From positions 682,001-746,000 of the forward strand of contig NW_027590189.1 in NCBI RefSeq assembly GCF_964213995.1: a stretch of 64,000 bases of DNA, written 5' to 3'. Below, in pieces: positions 1 through 11,639 of this stretch; within the stretch, counting starts at the first letter, position 1; every line of letters begins with the position of its first letter. Below the pieces are notes generated by a model. It was not told the DNA's origin, ran no database searches, and saw nothing but the letters and a program-made list of their open reading frames with translations. A program made the translations under genes and the position numbers. This DNA is from Mustelus asterias (taxonomy: Eukaryota).

Positions 1-169
1 CCCAACACTAACATGACCAGCAGCAATTATTCCCCATCCCCAGTTACCTGAGTGAAGATGATGTATTATTTTCTTGAACCACTGCAGTCTGTGTGGTGAA
101 GATGCTCTCACAGTGCTGTTAGATAAAGTATTACAGGTTATTCACCCAGTGTTGATGAACAGTTACATC

Positions 170-860
170 TTCAAATCAACAACAGCAATATGTAAAGTGA
201 GGTTGAGAGCAGTAGATATTTAGGGAGGAAATTCCACAGCCTGGAGCCTGGGTAACTGAAAAAATGGCCAACACTTACATAGCGATTCAAATCAGGAATG
301 TTCAAGTGACCAGAATGAGATGAGTTGCAAAGGTCTTAAAGGTTGTTTAGATGGAGGAGATGACAGAGATAAGGATGATCACAGCCATGCTAGTAAACAA
401 GGATGAGAATTTTAAAATTGAGATGATTATTCACCGAGAGCGTTTACAGGCCAGTGAGCACAGGGGTGATGTGTGAACAAGACGGTGTGAGTAAGCACAT
501 GGGCAGCAGAGTTCAGGATGACCTCAAGCTTGCAGGGAGGCTGAAAGTGGGAGTGTGTGATGAGAGTTAAGTCTCGAAGTAACAAAGGAATGGATGAGAG
601 TTTCAGCAGCAGACGAGCTGAGACCAGGGCAGAATCAACCAATGTTACTGAAGTGGGCTCGCTGATGATGCCAATTGTGGTTGGAAGCTCAACACAGGGT
701 CACATAGTTCACTGAATCAGTGCGTCAGACAGCGACCGGAGAGAGGGATGGAGTCAGTGGTGAGGAAAGTGAAGTTTGTCGGGGGGATTGAGGTCAATGA
801 CACCCATCTCCCAATATTTAAATGGAAGAAATTTCAGCTAATCCAGTGCTGGATGTCAGA
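170..860 (-). mobile_element. Degraded L2-clade LINE remnant
   Basis: Minus-strand ORF 427..642 (KLEVILNSAAHVLTHT...HWPV) resembles the L2 ORF2 C-terminus; homologous block at ~32830-33250. Confidence 0.55.
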
Positions 861-1349
861 CAAGTCAGGAAGGTGTGTGAGTTAGAGCGGAACTTGCAGG
901 TGATGAAATTCACATACTTCGGTTGCCCTGGTCCTTCTAGACATTGGAGGTTGAGAATTTGGAAGATTCTGTCAAAGTTTTGTTTCCGTATTCGGGAGAA
1001 AATCCATCTCTTTTGCCTCCTGTCTTTTCTACCCCCTTTCTCTCCCAATAAGGCGAGAGTTTTGTGTGGACCCAGACCAGGTGGCAGGTTACCTGAAGGA
1101 CATTAATGAACCAGTTTCTTACAACAGTCCAGCAGTTTTCATGGTCATTTTTTCCGAGTGCCAGGCCCAAAAATTACCAGATTCATTCAGCTCAATTTCA
1201 CAACCTACCTTTCTATCTCACTCTCTTTTTTATTTTAAATCTGTCTCACAGGGTGTTAGAAAGGGAGGATTTGCAGTTGGGAGACTGAAACTGAACATCA
1301 GGATCTGTGGAGTCACCCAATTTATCCTAACCTGAATAGGATTTTGAAC

Positions 1350-2695
1350 ATGGAAGAAACATCAGAGTGGAGAGAAACCGTACACGTGTTCTGTTTGTGG
1401 ACGAGGTTTCAGCCAATCATCTGGCCTTTCAAGACATAAATGCAGTCACAACAGGGAGAAACCATAGAAATGCAAGGACTGTGGGAAAGGATTTGATTAT
1501 CCAGTTAGGCTGGAAACTCATTGGCATAGTCACACTGGGGCGAGGCCGTTCACCTGCTCCACATGTGGGAAAGGATTCACTCAGTCATTCGCTATGATGG
1601 CAAACCAACATAGTCACACTGGAGAGAGGCTGTTCGCCTGCCCCAAATGTGGGAAGGGATTCGCTCAGTCATCCCACTTGCTGACACACCAGAGAGTTCA
1701 CATTGGGGAGAGACCGTTCACCTGCTCCGAATGTGGGAAAGGATTCATTCAGTCATCTCACCTGCAGAAACACCAACATAGTCACACTGGGGTGAGGCCA
1801 TTTACCTGCTTTGACTGTGGGAAGGGATTCACTCAGTCATCCCATCTGCAGAAACACCAGCGAGATCACACTGGGGAGGGACCGTTCACCTGCTCTATGT
1901 GTGGGAAGGGATTCACTCAGTCATCTGACTTGCTGTTGCACCAGCAAATTCATTCTGGGGAGAGACCATTCATCTGTTCCCAATGTGGGAAGGGATTAAT
2001 TCTGTCATCTCACCTGCAGACACACCGAGTTCACATTGATGGTAGACCTTTTAAATGTCCGGATTGTGGACAATGTTATAAAAGCTCCGGGGAACTGATG
2101 TATCATCAACGTGTTCACTCTGATCAGAAACTGTTCAGGTGCTCTCACTGTGGGACTGGGTTCAGGCAATCATCTGTCCTCCTTGTACAGCAGTGAATTC
2201 ACACTAGGGAGAGGCCGTTCATCTGTTCTGACTGTGGGAAGGGATTCGCTCAGTCATCTGACCTGCGAACACACCAACGAATTCACACTGGGGAGAGACC
2301 ATTCACTTGCCTCAGGTGTGAGAAGGGATTTATTAATTCAACCAACCTGCTGAGACACCGGAACGTTTACATTGCGAGAGAGACCTTTCTTATCCTCCGA
2401 ATGAGGGAAGAAATTCACTCAGTTATCCTTTAAACACCCAAATGTTCACATTAACTGGAGAACTTGTAAATGCAAAGTCCCAGGCATTGTCATATAGGTT
2501 GCCAGGAACTGATGTCCCATCAATGTGTTCACGCTGATGAGGTGTTCTCATTGTGGGACTGGGTTCACTATTCATCTCAACTCACTGCACACCATCAAGT
2601 TTACACTGGCGAGAGGTTGTGCACCTGGTGTGAATGTGGAACGGGTTTGCTTATTTAATCCCATGTCCTGAGTCACCAGTGAGTTCTCAACTAAC
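1350..2695 (+). pseudogene. C2H2 zinc-finger pseudogene ZNF-A (paralog of the 33767 and 45533 genes)
   Basis: Finger/TGERP repeats; frameshift after ATG 1350; in-frame TAG at 1465 and TGA at 2194; residual ORF 1594..2196; decayed fingers to ~2695. Confidence 0.85.
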
Positions 2696-3162
2696 TACCG
2701 TGATTGGAGTTTGCTGTTAATCACATCCAGGACTGAACTGGGGTCTGTTTTTGCTGATGTTAATGAACTCCAGCCCAGTTATAGTTAATATTCCTTCATG
2801 CCCTCTCAGGCTCATTTCACTCATGAGACTCTCATTCTGCTTCATGCACCCTATTCCCACTGAGCTACTGATCGCTCAATCTCATCATGTTTACTGATAC
2901 TGTTAACAGTCTCTCTCTCTATATATACATATTGTCCTTCTCTCTTTCAAATCTGCCTTCATTACCCCCTCCCCAATAAAATCAACTCTGAACTCCAATC
3001 TCCTTGGAAATTTGTACCCCATCTCTCATCACCCCTTCTTCTGCAAAGTCCCTGTCACCTCTTAAATCCATGTCCATCTTTTCTGGAACTCCATATTTGA
3101 ATCCCCCCAAAATGTGGTGGATGCTGGGAAATTTACTGTTGCACCAGCACCATTTACTGTTC

Positions 3163-3503
3163 GTGTGTTAGCAGGTCAGATGACTGAGCGAATCCCTTCC
3201 CACAGTCAGAACAGGTGAACGGCCTCTCCCTAGTGTGAATTCACTGCTGTACAAGGAGGACAGATGATTGCCTGAACCCAGTCCCACAGTGAGAGCACCT
3301 GAACGGTTTCTGATCAGAGTGAACAAGTTGATGCTACATCAGTTCCCCGGAGCTTTTATAACATTGTCCACAATCCGGACATTTAAAAGGTCTCCCATCA
3401 ATGTGAACTCATTGGTGTGTCTGCAGGTGAGATGACGGAATGAATCCCTTCCCACATTGGGTACAGATGAATGGTCTCTCCCCAGAGTGAATTTGCTGGT
3501 GCA
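3163..3503 (-). repeat. Inverted duplicate of ZNF-A segment 1937-2274
   Basis: Reverse complement matches 1937-2274 with few substitutions and one 3-bp indel, including the same premature TGA. Confidence 0.95.
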
Positions 3504-3508
3504 CCAGG

Positions 3509-3680
3509 TAGTAAATTCATGGAGGAGTTAGACAGATTTTTAATTGTAATGGGTTGAAGGGTTATGGGGAGAAGGCAGGAAAATTGGGATGAGGAACATA
3601 TCAGGCATGATCGAATGGTGGAGCAGACTCAATGGGCCAAATGGCCCAATTCTGCTCCTATATTTTATGAACTTATGAAC
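3509..3680 (+). mobile_element. CR1-type LINE 3' end fragment
   Basis: Typical 3' UTR gatcgaatggtggagcagactc..gggccaaatggcc..ttctgctcctat with ttatgaac tail. Confidence 0.75.
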
Positions 3681-4244
3681 TCCAATAACATTTCTGTTCC
3701 TGCACAATATCAGAATAGCTCTTATCAAACTCATAAATTACATCCTCTGCGAATGTGACAATGGTAAACTTCCCTTCATTGCCCTTCCCACCCAGTCTCA
3801 AATCTTTGACACCATTGACCAAACCATCCTCCTTCAATGTCTCACCACTGTTGGTAAGCTGATGGGGCTGCAGATTTCTGATTTCCCTTCTTGTCTATCA
3901 AATTGTAGCCAGAGAATCACCTGAAGGAATTGTGAGTATTTGAGTTACATTTTCACACACTCACTCATTGGGTAAGTGACGAGGTGCCATTGAATTTTGA
4001 AAGAAAAATGTTCCATTGTCACATTCACAGCGACTCTATCTTGTACACCAGCCCATCTGGATAAGATTAACACAGAAGAATAAAAATATTATAGTCCAGA
4101 ATGCAAACTCATGGTGGTAAAAACAGTCTGCTAATTACAATTAAAATGCAATGCATTGCACGACAACGCTGTTACTTTGTTACAGACCTCATGACACAGA
4201 TTCATTGCCAACATTGGCCAACAGCTCCATTGTTGCAGGATGCA

Positions 4245-5225
4245 GATGATACAGATGAAGAAGTAGGCCATTCAGCCACTCGAGCCTTTTTCACTGTTTA
4301 ATATGGTCATGACTGATCAGATAATAACCTCAAATCAACATCCCGTCTGCCCACAGTAACCTATCACACCCTTGCTAACCAATAGCATATCCACCTCTGC
4401 CTTCAAAATAATGAGACTTTGCTTTCACAACCTTCTCAAGAAATGAGTCCCAAAGACTTATGTTGCTCCAAGTCAAAGCATTTCACCTCATCTTTGTTTT
4501 ATTGGGTGACCCTTTATTTTTAAGCAGTGACCTCTATTTCTAGATTCTCCAAAAACAGGAAACATCCTCTCCACGTCCACAATCTCAACACCCCTTAGAA
4601 TATGAAGGGATTTCCCTCTCACTCCTCTAAACTACAGCAGATACAAGTCTAGCCTGTCTAACTTTTCAGCATAAGACAACCCACACATTCCAGGCATTAG
4701 TCTGGTGAACATCTGAAATTCCTCCATATATATTCTTTAAACTACATTTTTCCTTAAATAGTATAACCAATACTGTACACATTACGCCAAACATGGTCTT
4801 ACCAATTGAAGCATAAACTTTTGTATTTAATTCCTCTCACAATAAATGATAACATTCTAAAAGCTATTCTAATTACTTGCTGTACCTGCATACTAGTCTT
4901 TTGTGATTCGTGCACTGGAACACCCAAATCCCTCTGCACCTCAGCGCACTGAAATCTCTCCAATTAGATAATAAGCTTTTCCATTCTTACAGGCAAAATG
5001 AACAATTTCACATTTTCCCACATTATAGCTCGATCTTTGCCCACTCACTTCATCCATCTATATGTTTTTGTTGCCTCCTTCTGTCCTCTTCACAACTTAC
5101 TTTCACACTTACTTTTTTGTTATCAACAAATTTGGCAACAATCCCAAACAGACTTTCATCTGAGTCATTTTTATCAATTGTAAAAAGTTAAGGCCGCATC
5201 ACTGATCCCTCTGGCACACCTCTCA
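4245..5225 (-). mobile_element. Old degraded CR1-type LINE
   Basis: Reverse-strand GVPQGS-like motif near 5200 and CR1 3' UTR near 4260-4330. Confidence 0.65.
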
Positions 5226-5227
5226 TT

Positions 5228-5795
5228 AGATTTATAGGACCCTGGTTAGACCCCACTTGGAGTACTGCGCGCAGTTCTGGTCACCTCATTACAGGAAAGA
5301 TGTTGAAGCCATTGAAAGGGTGCAGAGGAGATTTACAAGGATGTTGCCTGGATTGGGGGGCATGCCTTATGAGGATAGGTTGAGGGAGCTTGGTCTCTTC
5401 TCCCTGGAGAGACGAAGGATGAGAGGTGACCTGATAGAGGTTTACAAGATGTTGAGAGGTCTGGATAGGGTAGACTCTCAGAGGCTATTTCCAAGGGCTG
5501 AAATGGTTGCGACGAGAGGACACAGGTTTAAGGTGCTGGGGGGTAGGTACAGAGGAGATGTCAGGGGTAAGTTTTTCACTCAGAGGGTGGTGGGTGAGTG
5601 GAATCGGCTGACGTTGGTGGTGGTGGAGGCAAACTCGTTGGGCTCTTTGAAGAGACTTCTGGATGAGTACATGGGATTTAATGGGATTGAGGGCTATAGA
5701 TAGGCCTAGAGGTAGGGATATGATCAGCGCAACTTGTGGGCCGAAGGGCCTGTTTGTGCTGTGGCTTTCTATGTTCTATGTTCTATGTTTTATGT
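5228..5795 (+). mobile_element. CR1/HER1-like LINE, 5'-truncated
   Basis: ORF 5257..5703 (LEYCAQFWSPH...RGDLIEVYK...FFTQRVV) and (ttctatg)n tail. Confidence 0.92.
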
Positions 5796-5804
5796 TGCTA
5801 ACCG

Positions 5805-6115
5805 CACATTGGCTCAGTGGTTAGCACTACTGCCTCACAGTGCCAGGGACCATGGTTTGAATCCAGCCTCGGGTCACAGTTTGTGTGGAGTTTTCATGTT
5901 CTCCCTGTGTCTGCGTGGGTTTCCTCTGGGTGCTCTAGTTTCCTCCCTACTCCAAAAATATGCAGGTTAGGTGGATTGGCCATGCTAAATTGTCCCTTAG
6001 TGTCCCAAGACATATAGTTTAGGGAGATTAGCGGGGTAAATATGTGGGGTTATGGGAATAGGACCTGGGTGGTATGCTTTGTCGGTGACTCAATGGGCCG
6101 AATGGCGCCTTTGAA
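5805..6115 (+). mobile_element. HE1-type V-SINE (tRNA-derived)
   Basis: A/B box head cagtggttagcact..ggtttgaatcc; V core gtgtctgcgtgggtttcctc. Confidence 0.88.
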
Positions 6116-6221
6116 TCTTTGAACCTGCAAAGGACTCACTCATGCCAACTCTGAGCTTCCTGTTAGCCAGTCAGAAACTATCCAGACCAGTATTCTATCC
6201 CCTATCTGTGATGGTCGGAGA

Positions 6222-6386
6222 AAGAAGTTTAACAACACCAGGTTAAAGTCCAATAGGTTTATTTGGTAGCAAAAGCCACACTTTTGGTGTGGCTTTTGCT
6301 ACCAAATAAACCTGTTGGACTTTAACCTGGTGTTGTTAAACTTCTTACTGTGTTTACCCCAGTCCAACGCCGGCATCTCCACATCA
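6222..6386. mobile_element. Penelope-like element terminal remnant forming a 60-bp inverted repeat
   Basis: Arms 6222-6281 and 6287-6346 (one mismatch, 5-nt loop); same tail as 26590-26640; flanked by ATGGT(C/A)GGAGAAA at 6211 and 6386. Confidence 0.8.
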
Positions 6387-6499
6387 TGGTAGGAGAAATA
6401 CATTGATACTTCTGATTATGCTATCCATATGTGAACAGAATCTCACCTTCACTTCTCCAGATTTAGAGAAAGATTATCTGATACTGGGTCTCTAATGGC

Positions 6500-6850
6500 A
6501 GCAGGATTACCCACAGTCCCGTGCGCCTCGGAAAGCGCTCTACATCGGCGGGTTGTGCGTGTGGCTGGCGCATGCTCGGAGGGAGCAGGTCTCTTTGAGG
6601 TGATTTGTGGGGAGAAGCCGGAAGTGGCAGAAGTGAGTGGAGAATGTTCACTGTAAACCCCGCCCCTTCGAGACTGACCTTTCACCTGGCACCTCACAAT
6701 GCCCGGGGACTGATTGACGGCAGCTCCGGACCAATAGAAACAGAGGGGGGTGAACGGCTGGTCCTCAAACCAATCGGAGTGAATGAGGGGGCGGGGCTGT
6801 AACTGAAGCATGCGCAGTGCGGGTGTTGAGCTGCAAGACCTCTTCAGAAA
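6500..6850 (+). promoter_or_regulatory. CpG-rich promoter module upstream of ZNF-B
   Basis: ETS site CCGGAAGTG, two CCAAT boxes, GC boxes, NRF1-like GCATGCGCAG; module shared with 26698, 44330 and 55013. Confidence 0.75.
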
Positions 6851-6953
6851 TTCCATCCTGTCCTTCCAGTGAAAAGTTTCCTCAACTCCTTTTACAGGGA
6901 GTGAGAAAGGGAGGATTTACAGACGGGAAAGTCAGAGCAAACATCACATCAGG

Positions 6954-7282
6954 TTAGAATAGAATCATAAAATCCGACTGTGCAGAAAGAGGCCATTCGG
7001 CCCATCGAGTCTGCACCAACCACAATCCTCCCCAAGGCCATATCCTCATAACCCCACGTGTTTACCCTCCCTAATCCCCCTGACAACAAGGGATAATTGA
7101 GCATGGCCAATCCACCTAACCTGCATATCTTTGGACTGTGGGAGGAAACCGGAGCACCCGGAGGAAACCCACGCAGACACAGGGTACAAACTCCACAAAG
7201 ACAGTGACCCAAGCTGAGAATTGAACCCCGGTCCCTGGCGCTGTGAGGCAGCAGTGCTAACCACTGTGCCACAGTGCTGCCC
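6954..7282 (-). mobile_element. HE1-type V-SINE
   Basis: Full-length reverse copy with CR1-type tail. Confidence 0.92.
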
Positions 7283-7443
7283 ACAAAGTTTAAATGAGTT
7301 TCCACCCTGCTGAGGCACCAGCAGATTCACGTGGGGAGAGGCCATACATCGACTCCGTATGTGGCAAGGGATTCACTCAGTCCTCGGGACTTTGCACACA
7401 CACCAGGGAATTCTCACTGTGGAGAAAGCATTCAGCAGCTGGT
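7283..7443 (+). repeat. Local duplicate of ZNF-B segment ~7939-8085
   Basis: acaaagtttaaatg...cactgtggagaa matches 7939-8085. Confidence 0.85.
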
Positions 7444-7737
7444 TCTGACAGTCAGTCTTCATCAGGACCTGAATATCATTGGTCTTGAATGTGGAAGGAG
7501 AAATGTTTGTTCTGCCCATGGGGAAAGATTTCGAACATCAGTGTGACTGGAAAAGTGCTAAGACACACACACATCCCTGTGAGAGTGTTCCAGTGAACTG
7601 ACCATGGAAAGCTTTAACCAGTTACAGTCTGAAAAAAACACCACAGCATTCACAGCAAAGAGAAACTGTACTCGTGTGTGTGAATGAGGCTTCAACTGAT
7701 CATCAAACCAAGAGAGAGACACAGGGACACTGGCACC

Positions 7738-8404
7738 ATGGAGAAAACGTGGAAATGTGGGGACTGTGGGAAGGGATTCAATTATCCATCCCAGCTGGAA
7801 ATTCATTGACGCAGCCACACTGGGGAGAGACTGTTCACCTGCTCAGTATGAAGAAAATTATTCACTCAGACAACCAAACTCATTTTACACCAGCGAATCC
7901 ACACTGAGGACAGGCCATTCAGCTGCACTCAATGTGGAACAAAGTTTAAATGCACTTCCACCCTGCTGAGGCACCAGCAGATTCACAGTGGGGAGAGACC
8001 ATACACCTGCTCTCTATGTGGCAAGGGATTCACTCAGTCTTCGGGACTTTGCACACATCAGAGAATTCACACTGTGGAGAAGCTGTACTTCCTGTGGAAA
8101 GAGGTTCAGGCAGTCATCTGAGCTCAATGAACATCAGCAAATTCACACTGGGGAGAGGCCATTCATCTGCTCTGTGTGTGGGAAGGGATTCACTCAGTTA
8201 TCCCACCTTCTCAGACACCAGCGAGTTCACACTGAGGAGAAACTATTCAACTGCACTTCCTGTGGAAAGAGGTTAAGGCAGTCATCTGACCTCAAAGCAC
8301 ATCAGCGAGTTCACAGTGGGGAGAGGCCATTCATGTGCTCTGAGTGTGGAAAGGCATTCACACGGTCATCCCACCTGCTGACACACCAGCACATTCATAA
8401 GTGA
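7738..8404 (+). pseudogene. C2H2 zinc-finger pseudogene ZNF-B
   Basis: ACCATGGAGAAA start, TGA at 7807 in finger 1, frameshift near 8060-8080; four terminal fingers ending HK*. Confidence 0.85.
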
Positions 8405-8749
8405 ATCCAGAGGTTAGATTCCGCTGTTATTGTTGCTGTTCCTGGACTGATAGTCTGACAATATTTGGTTTGTTTCTGTTGATATCAACAAACCACATAA
8501 CAGTCTGGAGTTTAATATTCTGGAGATGTCATTGACCTTCGGGGCTGCAGTGCCGCTTTTTAAATGCACCATCTGTGATCTTCACACATAATTCAAGAAC
8601 TCTCAACAGGAACTTGTTCACAATAAAATTATGAACTTTTCCATCAATGCTTAATTGATCTCTGATGCAAAATCTACAATTCAGTGTCTGAGAGGTTCCA
8701 CTGATTTCTATCTCCAATTAGAAAGGGTTGTTAATTCTTCAGGTGAAAA

Positions 8750-9555
8750 GAACCAGAGAAAAAAATGCAAATTGTCTTAAAACTGCACAAGCAACTGCTC
8801 ACCCATTTTTAATAAAGATTAAAAATCCTGCTAAAAGAAGCAGGGTGATGACGAAGAGTACATGAGGCTCTTGGACAGAGTAGCGCAAAGTGTGGAATGT
8901 GTGAAAAGTATCGGAGGCTCCCATTACATCTTTCCTTTAGCTCATGAGGAAGTTACCGTGGGTCTAAAGGTACAAGACAAAGACAAGAAATATTTTTATT
9001 CAGAACCTTAAAGACATGGTAACTCGACTTAGTCTTTCTCCAATAATACGCTTAAAGTTTTAAAGTTTATTTATTAGTCACAAGTAAGGCTTACATTAAC
9101 ACTGCAATGAAGTTACTGTGAAAGTCCCCCAGTTGCCACAGTCTGGCACCTGTTCGGGTTACCGCACCTAACCAACATGTCTTTAAGAATGTGGGAGTAA
9201 AACAGAGCACCCGGAGGAAACCCACGCAGACACAGGGAGAATGTGCAAACTCCACACAGACAGTGACCCAAGCCGGGAATCGAACCCAGGCCATTGGCAC
9301 TGTGAATCAGCAGTATTAACCATTGTGCTACCGTGTCGCCCCATGTCAAGGACAAAAGGGTGATTCGAGCCAAAGTCATGGAGAAATAGATAGGGACTGG
9401 ACCTGGGGCACCAGCTAAGTTTCTGACTGATAATGGAGGGGAATTTGTTAATGATGAGTTTGGAGACGTGTGTGAAAACATGAGTATTCTGGTCATGAAC
9501 ACGGCAACTGAAAATCCTTTCAGTGATGGGCTCTGAAAGGAATCACGCGATAATC
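8750..9555 (+). mobile_element. LTR retrotransposon (Copia-like) integrase remnant, interrupted by a SINE
   Basis: Translates to KLHKQ.AHP..CGMCEKY (HHCC zinc domain) and KFLTDNGGEFVNDEF...NTATENPFSDGL..RNH (integrase core) with stops/frameshifts. Confidence 0.65.
9053..9341 (-). mobile_element. HE1-head SINE variant with a different 3' tail ending (taaactt)n
   Basis: V-SINE head and core joined to a tail shared with 37617-37815. Confidence 0.8.
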
Positions 9556-10134
9556 GATGAAATGCTGCAGAAAATCTCAGCTGATCAACCAAACTACAAG
9601 TTGATAACTGCACCGGCCTGGACGATTCAGGGAAAGAATTCACTTCAGATGGTTGGAGGGTAGAATCCCTGTCAATTGGTCCATGGCAGAAATCCCTAAT
9701 TACCCTCTGTGCCGGGCGATGGACTTCCTGCTTTATTCGGGATACAATTTGTTCCATTTTTAATCATCAATTATCAGATTGTTTCATGAAAAGAAGTGCT
9801 TAAATTGAGAAATTAAGTGGGGATCCGAGAAGAGGGTGTTTGTCGTGTAACACTTTGTACAAAATAAGGAAAATCATATTTTGTCTTTGATTCATTGTGA
9901 AATATGTTGCTGTGTGTTGTGATGACACCAGTCAGGATTGTTAACGTTTGAGAAATTCAAATAGCCAGTCATTAACAAAGAATTATGCTGCAAGATTCCA
10001 CATTTTTAAACAAGACCAAAATTTATTTATAAAACAATATTAAAAACCAGCACTTTAGTTTATAAAGATTTATGGTATGAACCCAGTTCTACATTTTAAA
10101 TCTTGCCACCAACCAGAGTTCCCTTGTACTTAAT

Positions 10135-10890
10135 ATAGTCACAGAGGTTTACAGCATGGAAACAGACCCTTCGGCCCAACTTGTCCATAACCGCCCTCTT
10201 TTTTAAAAACTCCGAAGCTAGTCCCAATTGCCCGCATTTGGCCCATCTCTCTCTATACCCATCTTACCCATGTAACTGTCTAAATGCTTTTTAAAAGACA
10301 AAGTTTCCCGCCTCTACTACTACCTCTGGCAGCTTGTTCCAGACACTCACCACCCTCTGTGTGAAAAAATTGCCCCTCTGGAAACTTCTGTATCTCTCCC
10401 CTCTCACCTTAAACCTATGCCCTCCAGTTTTAGACACCCCGACCTTTGGGAAAAGATATTGACTATCTAGCTGATCTATGCCCCTCATTATTTTATAGAC
10501 CTCCATAAGATCACCTTTCAGCCTTCTACACTCCAGAGAAAAAAGTCCCAGTCTATCCAGCCTCTCCTTATAACTCAATCCATCAAGTCCTGGTAGCATC
10601 CTAGTAAATCTTTTCTGCACTCTTTCTAGTTTAATAATGTTCTTTCTATAATGTACACAGTTCTGGTCACCCTATTCCAAGTGTGGCCTTATCAATGTCT
10701 TGTACAACTTCAACAAGACGTCCCAACTCCTGTATTCAATGTTCTGACCGATGAAACCAAGCATGCTGAATGCCTTCTTCACCACTCTGTCCACCTGTGA
10801 CTCCACTTTCAAGGAGCTATGAACATGTACCCCTAGATCTCTCTTTTTTATAACTCTCCCCAACGCCCTACCATTAACTGAGTAAGTCCT
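10135..10890 (-). mobile_element. CR1-type LINE 3' portion
   Basis: ORFs 10291..10620 and 10672..10911 encode the CR1 ORF2 C-terminus. Confidence 0.9.
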
Positions 10891-11639
10891 GCTAATATCT
10901 TTAAGGTTCATTCACTTCTGTTCCTGGGACCATCCTGAAGATATGCCAAAGCTCCCAGAATTCAATTTAATTATCCTCAGTTTTCCAGATATTCTCCAAG
11001 CTCCAAGATCTTACAGGGGAGCTGCTATTGTTTTTTGGCTAAAAAAAAAGTCAACCTTTCCATTGAGATCTCAAAACTGTGGACTCCTCAGTTTAAGCAT
11101 GGGTTTCACTGCCTTCTTGTTGAGGGATTTAAACATTGGGAACACCCCTGGTTCCTAATGACCCTCTAGGCTTCTAGTCTCACAGCTGGTTCACAGCTCC
11201 TGGTGCCACAGTTCCTGCTGATTGACCAAGCTGCCTGCAAACCTCCCTGTGAGGCAAGGAAAAAGTCATGAGGGGTCATTCATTGTTTACGTGTCCTCAC
11301 CATCAGCTCTGAATTGTTGGATCAACAAAGGCTGCTTCTTAACTCTAATTAACACAGGCCTGTTTCCGATACATTTACATCAGAGCTGTGTTTACCAGTT
11401 TGTCAACAAATGTTTCCATGTCTCTTCATTTAAAAGAATTCCAATCTCCGACCTATTTTCCAAAACATATGAATGATGAAACTAGATAGTTGCAATAGCT
11501 GGCAGGAGCACAATGGGCTGAATGACCTCTGTCTGTGCTCTTTGAGCCTCATGCATTGAAAGGCAGAGGCTTGTCTTCAATTGTGGATGACATTAAAGAA
11601 AGCAGCGTCTCCTCTTCTCTCTATGTTTAGTTTAATACA

